A stretch of DNA of 64,000 nt from Myxococcota bacterium. GTDB taxonomy: Bacteria > Myxococcota_A > Polyangia > Nannocystales > Nannocystaceae. Position 1 is the first letter of the stretch; every line of letters starts with the position of its first letter. Where the stretch lies: NCBI GenBank assembly GCA_039028615.1, contig JBCCHT010000012.1:1-64000 (forward strand), read 5' to 3'. The translations under genes and the position numbers were made by a program. Shown here piece by piece: positions 57,314-64,000 of this stretch. The notes beneath the pieces were generated by a model. It was not told where the DNA came from. It ran no database searches and was given only the letters and a program-made list of their open reading frames with translations.

Positions 57314-58860
57314 ACACTCGCTCCCGCGCCGCCCGGCTCGCGCTCGTCGTCGGCATCGGCCTGCTCGGGGCCTGCAAGCTCGAGCCGATCGAAGACCTCG
57401 AGATCTCCGAGCCGGCCCCGCCGACCCTGCCCGATCGCGTGGTGCCCCTGTCCACCGAGCGCCCCGTCGGTGACCGCCAGGCCGAGCGCTGGGACGCCTC
57501 GCTGAACCGTTACCTCGGCTTCATCCACGGCGAGCCGCTGCAAGGACGGCGACCGGGCACCGAGGGCGCGACGCTGACGGTGGGCTTCGTCATCAGCGTG
57601 CTCGAGGGGGCCGGTCTGTCGCCCAACGGCCCCGACCTCGGGTGGACCCAACCGGTCGGCATTCGCATCGTCGAGATGCACGACCCCGTGCTCACCGTGC
57701 GGCACGCGGCGAAAGAGGGCGAACGAAAGGCCCCTGCCCCGCTGCGCTTCACCGAGGACCTGTGGCTCGAGCACCGCGGTGCCGCGGGCGAGTTCAGCCA
57801 TGCGCTGCGCATCGACGGCCCCGAGCCCGCCGTCGACCCCGAAGCCACGCCCGAAGATGGCCAGGCCCCGCTCGAGCGGCTCCAGGCGCCGCCCTTGCCC
57901 GTGCCCGAGGACGGCCGCTCCGTACGGGACCTGTATCGCGAGGTCTTCGACACCGCCTGGCGTGATGGAGTCGGCGTCGCCGTCATGCCCATCCCCGGCC
58001 CCGACCAGGTCGAGGCGCGGGCCATCGCCGAGTCGTGGCGGCGCCCCGACGTGCAATCGCTGCTGCCGGGGCGAGACCCTCCCGCCGCCCTCGATCTCGA
58101 GGGCTTCGTCCCGCCCGAAGTCCACGCCGCCTTGCTCGAGGCCCGCGACCGCCCCGGCTCCAGCATCGACGTCGACTTCCGCGTCGACGAGCGATGGTTC
58201 GAGGACTCCAACGTCATCGGTCGAATCGCTGGAGGTCGGCGCCCCGAGCAGGCCGTGGTCGTCGTCGCCAACTGGGACGCGGGTGAAGACGAAGCCGGCG
58301 CTCCCTCCAACGGCTCGGGCCTCGCCGTCCTGCTCGCCCTCGCCGAGGCCTCGGGTCGCTGGCGCAGCGTCGGCCGTCGTCCCGAGCGCTCCCTCATCTT
58401 CGTCGCCACCGCCGCGGGCAGCCTCTCCCACCGCGGCGCCACGCGCTTCATCGAGTCCAGCGGCATCCGCCCCTCCAACATCATCGCCGTCATCAACCTC
58501 GAGCAGCTCGGCGGCGCCGGCTCGGACCTCCTCGTCCTCGACGGCCACCACTCCAGCCTCTCCGACGACGTCACCACGCTCGACGCCACCGCCCGCATCG
58601 TCCCCGACGACGCCGCCCGACACGGCCACCGCCCCTTCGTCGATCGCCGGATCCCCGCCGTCACTCTCAGCCGCCCCGCCGAGCCCGGCGAAGACGGCGA
58701 GCCCCCCGAGCTTTCGATCGCCGCCCTCCGCAACGACGCCGAGCTCGCCTTCCGCCTCCTGTGGGAACTCTCCGACCGCCGCGAGATCCCCCGCCTCGCC
58801 GAGGCCGACCCACCATCGCCCGACGACGGCACTCGAGCTGCGGCGGGCACGACCCCCTGA
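57310..58860 (+). CDS. M28 peptidase-like lipoprotein, probably inactive
   Basis: Lipobox LGAC; GRRPGT.G, NVIGRIAG...PEQ.VVV.A.WD, N.SGLA.LL.LA, RSLIFV, INL; Zn ligands substituted. Confidence 0.78.
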   Translation: MNTRSRAARLALVVGIGLLGACKLEPIEDLEISEPAPPTLPDRVVPLSTERPVGDRQAERWDASLNRYLGFIHGEPLQGRRPGTEGATLTVGFVISVLEGAGLSPNGPDLGWTQPVGIRIVEMHDPVLTVRHAAKEGERKAPAPLRFTEDLWLEHRGAAGEFSHALRIDGPEPAVDPEATPEDGQAPLERLQAPPLPVPEDGRSVRDLYREVFDTAWRDGVGVAVMPIPGPDQVEARAIAESWRRPDVQSLLPGRDPPAALDLEGFVPPEVHAALLEARDRPGSSIDVDFRVDERWFEDSNVIGRIAGGRRPEQAVVVVANWDAGEDEAGAPSNGSGLAVLLALAEASGRWRSVGRRPERSLIFVATAAGSLSHRGATRFIESSGIRPSNIIAVINLEQLGGAGSDLLVLDGHHSSLSDDVTTLDATARIVPDDAARHGHRPFVDRRIPAVTLSRPAEPGEDGEPPELSIAALRNDAELAFRLLWELSDRREIPRLAEADPPSPDDGTRAAAGTTP

Positions 58861-58871
58861 GGCGATCCGCT

Positions 58872-59963
58872 CTAGCCTCCGGCGCCGACGGTCACCACCG
58901 GTCCGCTGCCGCCCGGGGTGGACATGAGCGAGAACAGGTAGGTGAGCATGACAAAGACGTTCTGGGAGTCGGTATCGTCGGCGGCGATGTAGAAGGCGCG
59001 GCCGTTGTAGTCGACGCTGGCGTAGGCATCGCTGGGCGCCTTCTTGGCCTCGCGAACCTGCAACAGGGCATCGGCCAAGGCAGCGGGCCGACCTGCGACT
59101 CCTTCCACACCCTGGGACAGGTAGTACATGCTGGCCATCATCGACCGACCATGCAGGGTGACCTGGTGGGGGGTCGACTCGCCGCTATGGGGTGACAGCG
59201 CGTAGCGATAGGCGTCGGGATCGAGGCCGAGCAACGCACGGACTTCCGCGACCTGCGTGCGACCGGCGTCGGTCCCCGGGATGGCGAACACGAGCTCGTA
59301 GCTGCCATCCGCCTTCACGCCCGTGGTGATGGCGTGACTGCGCTGGAGCTCGCTGAGCATGCGCCCCAGTCGCTGGAAGTCGGTCTGCTCCTCGCGCCAG
59401 GGATTCTCAGGGGCGAACTGGCCGTTGATCTGCTGCACGCAGCAGGCGAGCACGGCATCCCAGGGCCAGCCCGCTTGCACGAGCTGAGCGATGGCCGAGG
59501 AGGACAGCGGGGTCGCGAGACGATGAACGAAATCCTCTCCTTGCAGCGGGGTATAGGTGATGGTGGGTCGCTCCTCGACCATGACGCCGGCCGCCGCCCC
59601 CACGCTGGCGGGCGGAACGAAGCCCCCGGGGCCGACGGTGTTGTAGGCCCCGTTGATGCCGGCGTTGGTCGACACGGCGTACTGGGTGACGACGCTGCTG
59701 ACCTGCAGGAACACGGGCAGCCGACGGTGCCGCAGCCGTACGATGTTGAGCAGCATCTGCTGCTCGGCGGACTGGGCGATCGACGCGGTGTAGTCGAAGC
59801 GCACGTCGGGCAAGCTCCGCGCGCCGACTCGAGTGGCACAGGCGCTGAGCGTGAGCAGGACGAGCATGGTGACAACCGCCCCAAACGCCCGCAGTCGCGG
59901 GATTCGGCGGCTTCGGGCGAACGAGTGGGGGGTCGAACGGGTGTCGGTGGGATGGTCGTGCAT
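58872..59963 (-). CDS. Conserved hypothetical lipoprotein
   Basis: Lipobox LSAC; QMLLNIVRLR...PVFL, E.PTITY.PL.GE.F, YNGR.FYIA.DD; start uncertain (59963 or 59867). Confidence 0.7.
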   Translation of the reverse strand: MHDHPTDTRSTPHSFARSRRIPRLRAFGAVVTMLVLLTLSACATRVGARSLPDVRFDYTASIAQSAEQQMLLNIVRLRHRRLPVFLQVSSVVTQYAVSTNAGINGAYNTVGPGGFVPPASVGAAAGVMVEERPTITYTPLQGEDFVHRLATPLSSSAIAQLVQAGWPWDAVLACCVQQINGQFAPENPWREEQTDFQRLGRMLSELQRSHAITTGVKADGSYELVFAIPGTDAGRTQVAEVRALLGLDPDAYRYALSPHSGESTPHQVTLHGRSMMASMYYLSQGVEGVAGRPAALADALLQVREAKKAPSDAYASVDYNGRAFYIAADDTDSQNVFVMLTYLFSLMSTPGGSGPVVTVGAGG

Positions 59964-59998
59964 ACGCCGGGCCCTCGCTTCAATCCCGAGCATGGCAC

Positions 59999-60012
59999 TT
60001 GCGAAGGAGCAA
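59999..60012. promoter_or_regulatory. Candidate LysR box in the divergent promoter
   Basis: TTGC-GAAGGA-GCAA dyad containing T-N11-A, about 35 nt upstream of the LysR start. Confidence 0.4.
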
Positions 60013-60047
60013 AGAAACGCACCAAAATGCAATCGAGACCCGCAATC

Positions 60048-60953
60048 ATGCAAAGATTAGAGAACTGGGACGACCTGCGTTTTTTCCTCGCTGTGGCCCG
60101 TACGGGGGGTCTATCCGCCGCATCTCGAGAGCTGGGAGTCAACCAGTCCACGGTCTCGCGCCGCATCACCCAGCTCGAGGAGGGGCTGGCGGCACGCCTG
60201 TTCAACCGCCAGGCCCGGGGCTACGAGCTCACCGCGGTGGGCGAGCGCATGCTGGGGCTGGCCACCATCATCGAGGACGATGTGCTGGCGCTGAGCCGCA
60301 TGGTGATCGGAGCCGACCGCGACCTGCGGGGCACGATCCGCGTGACCACGGTGGACGAGCTCTTCGAACGCATCGCGCCGCACCTCAAGCGCTTCAGCGA
60401 CGAGTACCCCGGGATCGACATCGAGATGAACTCGGACAACCGCGTCTACAGCCTGGCGCGCGGCGAGGCCGACGTGGCGATCCGGCCCGGCCTACGACCG
60501 ACGGAAGACGCGGTGGTGGGCCGCAAGCTGGTGGCCTCGCCGCTGTCTGCCTATGCCTCTCCCGCCTATCTGGCCGCGAACAAACGACCCCGCCGCATCG
60601 CCGACCTGGCCAAACACACGCTGGTGAGCTTCGGCCACGGGCGCCCGAGCGACCCGGAGCTCCGCGCGATGCTCGAGGAGGGTCGCGTCGTGCTGCGCAC
60701 GGGCAGCATGACCGGGCAAGCCATCGCCGCCCGGGCAGGGATGGGCGTGGCGGTGCTTCCCCGGTTCATGGGCGACCCGGATCCGCAGCTCGAGCGCCTC
60801 TTCGGCGTGCCCACCGTTGCCCCCACACACCTGTGGCTGCTGATCCACGCCGACCTGCGGCAGACAGCGCGCGTGCGCGCATTCGTGGACTTCATGACCG
60901 AGTCGATCATGGCCGAGCGGGCCCTGTACGAAGGCACGCGCAAGCGAAGCTAG
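60048..60953 (+). CDS. LysR family transcriptional regulator
   Basis: NWDDLRFFLAVAR.G.LSAA...LGVNQSTVSRRI..LE, LFNR...GY.LT, GEADVAIR. Confidence 0.96.
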   Translation: MQRLENWDDLRFFLAVARTGGLSAASRELGVNQSTVSRRITQLEEGLAARLFNRQARGYELTAVGERMLGLATIIEDDVLALSRMVIGADRDLRGTIRVTTVDELFERIAPHLKRFSDEYPGIDIEMNSDNRVYSLARGEADVAIRPGLRPTEDAVVGRKLVASPLSAYASPAYLAANKRPRRIADLAKHTLVSFGHGRPSDPELRAMLEEGRVVLRTGSMTGQAIAARAGMGVAVLPRFMGDPDPQLERLFGVPTVAPTHLWLLIHADLRQTARVRAFVDFMTESIMAERALYEGTRKRS

Positions 60954-61012
60954 CCCTTCCCACGCCGGCCACTTTTTCGGAACTTCACCCGGTGCGGGCT
61001 GTCCCTGCCTCC

Positions 61013-63470
61013 ATGAGCCGCCCTGGCGCCGCATTGGTTCTGCTCGCCCTGATGCTGGCGCCCGCACGCGCCCACGCGGACGAGCTGTCCGCCACCCGCT
61101 CGCAGCCACTGACCGAGGTCTCGCACTCGGTCCAGCTCAGCATCGATGGCGACGTCGCCACCTACGTGGTGCGGCGAACCTTTGCCAACACGGGTCCGCG
61201 CGCCGACGAAGCTCGGCTCGAGCTCGACCTGCCCATGGGCGCCGCGGTCACCGGCCTGCGCATCCGCGCCCGTGACCGCTGGTACCGCGCCGAGCTGATG
61301 GATCGCGACGAAGCGGCCGCCAAGTACCAGGAGCTCACGGGGGTGGGCGCGTGGGAGGCCAAAGACCCCGCGTTGATGCAGTGGGCCTGGGCCGACCAGA
61401 TGCGCCTGCAGGTCTTTCCCGTGCTCCCGGCGGGCACCAACACCGTCGAGTACACGCTCACCGCTCCGCTCCACTATCGCGACGGGCGCTACGTGCTCTC
61501 GTACCCCCGCGCGAGCACGACGGGCGAAGACTCACTGCCGCTCGCGACCCCGGTCATTCGCATCGACCCGGGGCACGGCGACGTCACCACCATGGTCCGC
61601 GTCGATGGCCAGCCCGTCGCTCCAGACACGCCGATCGTGCTCGGGGCTCCGGTCACTCCGCCGTGGATCGGCGACGGCGAGCCGTCCCCCCACCGTCGGC
61701 TACGGGTGGAGCAAGCTCGAGGTCGCCGAGCGTGGCGACGCCCGCTCGGCCCGGGTCGACGTGGACATCGACCACACCTACCGGGGCGACCTCGAGCTGT
61801 TCCTGGTCACCCCCAGCGGCAAGCACCTGCACCTGTCGAGCTTCTCCGGGCAAGACAACGACATCCACGATCACTTCGACGTGCAGCTCCCGCCCGAGAC
61901 GCGAGCCGAGGGCACCTGGCACCTGCTGGCCGCCGACGGGGCGGGGCTCGACGTCGGCACCATCGACGCGTGGAGCCTGACGCTGGCCGAAGACAAAGAC
62001 CCGGCCGACCCCAACTTTCGCAAGGTCGCCTCCGCCGACGTCCCCGTGTTCATCCCCGACGCGCCCGACGGCGGCACCGACGAGGGGCTCGCCCTCATCG
62101 AGGTCGAGGCCGCCCCCATCGACGAGCTCGCCGGGCGATACGGCCGGGTCGAGGTCGACGAGGCCACCCACTTCCTGCGTCTGGACCTCGAGGCCGCCGC
62201 CGAGCTCCAGCCCGCCCCCGAGAAGGCCTCGGTGGTGTTCGTCGTCGATGCCTCGCACTCCACCGTCGGCGTGATGGAGCAGCTCAAGCTCGCGCGTGGC
62301 TACATGGCCCACGTGCCCGATGCCGAGGCCCAGGTCGTGCTCTTCCGCCGCGTCGCCGAGCGAGTCACGAGCGAGTTCCTCGCGGCCGACGACCTGTGGG
62401 CCGCGATGGAGCGGGCCGAAGGCGAAGGCCGCCTCGATCCGGGCAACGGCAGCGCCCTGGAAAACGGCCTGCGGCTGGCGGCCAAGGCCCTGCGTGGCCG
62501 TCGGGGCCCCAAGCGCATCGTGCTGCTCACCGATGCTCGCCTCCGCACTCGCTTCCGCGTCGAAGATGGCGAAGACGCGGCCGGCCTCGCCCCCCGCAAC
62601 ACCATCACCCATATCGTCGTCCCCGGGCCCGACCGTCGCGAGAACCGACTGTTCCGCGCCGACGACCACGCGCTCGCGTCGATCCCCGCGACCACCGAGG
62701 GGGTGTTGTTCGAGCTCCAGCCGCTGTTCTGGGCCGACGACAAGGAGTTCCAGACCATCGCCCTCGACCTGGTGCGCCCCACCGCCATCGATGAATTCGA
62801 ACTCCACGGCATCGACCTCGATGCCGCCCCCAGGGTCCCCGAGGTCTTCCGCGAGGGCAGCGCCTACGGCTTCATGCTGAAGTCCACCGAGTCACCGTCC
62901 AGGGTCCGCGTCACGGGCAAGATCTGGAACCGCGAGTTCAGCCGGGTCATCCGGGCCGATCGTCGCTTCGGCCGGGCCACCGCCGCCTTCGTGTTCTCCG
63001 AAGACGAACACCACGGCCTCGACTACGAGCAGATGATGAAGCTCGCCATGCATGGCCGCGCCGTCTCTCCCGTGACCTCCTACCTCGCGACCGAACCGGG
63101 CGTGCGCCCGTCGACCATCGGCCTCGAAGAAACCGGCCGCGGCGGCGGAGGCACGGGCGAAGGCACCATCGGCCTGGGCAGCACCGGGCTCATCGGCAAG
63201 GGCGGCGGAGGCGGCTCGGCCCCCAAGGCCTTCACGCTGGAGGAGCTGCTCGAAGGCGGCGTGTCGGCGTGCGTCGAAGCCCATCACCCGGCCGCAGGCT
63301 GGCGCGTCGAGCTCGAGGTCGAGACCACCTCCCAGGAGATCGTCGACGTGCAGGAGGTCTCCGGGCCAAGGGCGCTGCGCAGGTGCCTGCTCGAGGCCGC
63401 GTGGGCGGTGACCTTGACCTGGAACTTCGACGACGAGCGCAAGACACATCACGTGCGGCTCGGGGCCTGA
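61013..63470 (+). pseudogene. Secreted VIT + proprotein-convertase P-domain + vWA protein, +1 frameshift near 61686-61691
   Basis: 5' frame gives a signal peptide and VIT domain; 3' frame gives the P-domain (DIDHTYRGDL...GTW.L...D..GTIDAWSL) and MIDAS DASHS; deleting one C from the C6 run joins them. Confidence 0.75.
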
Positions 63471-63534
63471 ATCGCCAAAATCATCCCGTTCCCCTCGCCA
63501 CGCCGGCCGAGCAGTGGCAGATCCATATCGAGCC

Positions 63535-64000
63535 GTGACACGCCGATGCACGCCCCGCCCCGGCATCCGGGCCGCCTTCGCCTCGACCTCGTTGGGCATG
63601 GCGCTGCTCTTTGGCCTCGGCTGCCACCCCCACGGGAAGCCGCTCCGCGAGCCCTCGTCCGAGCAGCGATGCTACGACGGTGATGCGTCCGGCTGTCTGG
63701 AGGCCGCACGGGAGCACGAGGCCGGGCCGAGTTCCGAGCCGGCCATCGAATTGGTCGAGCGCGCTTGCTCGATGGACTCGCCACAGGGCTGCTTCCAGGC
63801 GGGCCAAACCCACCGCGAGCGCGACCAGCCCGGTCGAGCCCGCACCATGTACGCCCGCGGCTGCCGACTGGGTCACGAGCCGAGCTGCGAAGAACGCGGC
63901 CGCCACGACATACGGTCCGCGCTCCTGCGACACCCGTGGCTGTGGGCTTGTGCGCAGCAAGCCGGAGGCTCCCCGGGCGACGCCGAGACCGTACACATCC
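63535..64000 (+). CDS. Partial lipoprotein with Sel1/Hcp-like Cys repeats (runs off window)
   Basis: Own translation: ...MALLFGLGC...CYDGDASGC...ERACSMDSPQGC...YARGCRLGHEPSC; no stop before 64000, so absent from the ORF track. Confidence 0.75.
   Translation, partial: MTRRCTPRPGIRAAFASTSLGMALLFGLGCHPHGKPLREPSSEQRCYDGDASGCLEAAREHEAGPSSEPAIELVERACSMDSPQGCFQAGQTHRERDQPGRARTMYARGCRLGHEPSCEERGRHDIRSALLRHPWLWACAQQAGGSPGDAETVHI

Noticed and set aside
63481..63996. Minus-strand 171-aa ORF
   Set aside because: The plus-strand frame from 63535 gives a lipobox and regular Sel1/Hcp-like Cys repeats and is the better call

Overview
A GC-rich, gene-dense bacterial window of about 52 CDS. Its content (many Cys-rich lipoproteins, Ser/Thr kinases with TPR or FHA domains, an ECF sigma/anti-sigma pair, a VIT-vWA protein) suggests a myxobacterium, possibly Nannocystaceae-like; this is inference. 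I found no rRNA, tRNA, CRISPR array, transposase or integrase. Main points: (1) A six-gene, translationally coupled ion-transport operon (48004-58860): CPA-type antiporter, TrkA, TrkH, a 1385-aa antiporter fused to a helical region, P-loop ATPase and winged helix, MscS, and an M28 peptidase homologue lacking its Zn ligands. (2) A 2-oxoacid dehydrogenase operon whose E1-alpha and E1-beta are intact ORFs but lack the TPP-binding and catalytic residues, while E2 and E3 are canonical and selD follows. (3) An orphan T6SS-type DUF2169/PRK06147/DUF4150-toxin/immunity cassette. (4) A small exported protein made of eight DDDDD(Y)W repeats. (5) An intergenic segment with four perfect 10-bp palindromes, two nested in longer inverted repeats. 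(6) An HTTM protein fused to a DUF5819/SdpA-like domain. (7) A VIT/P-domain/vWA gene split by a +1 frameshift in a C6 run. All family calls come from motif recognition by eye; no database searches were run.
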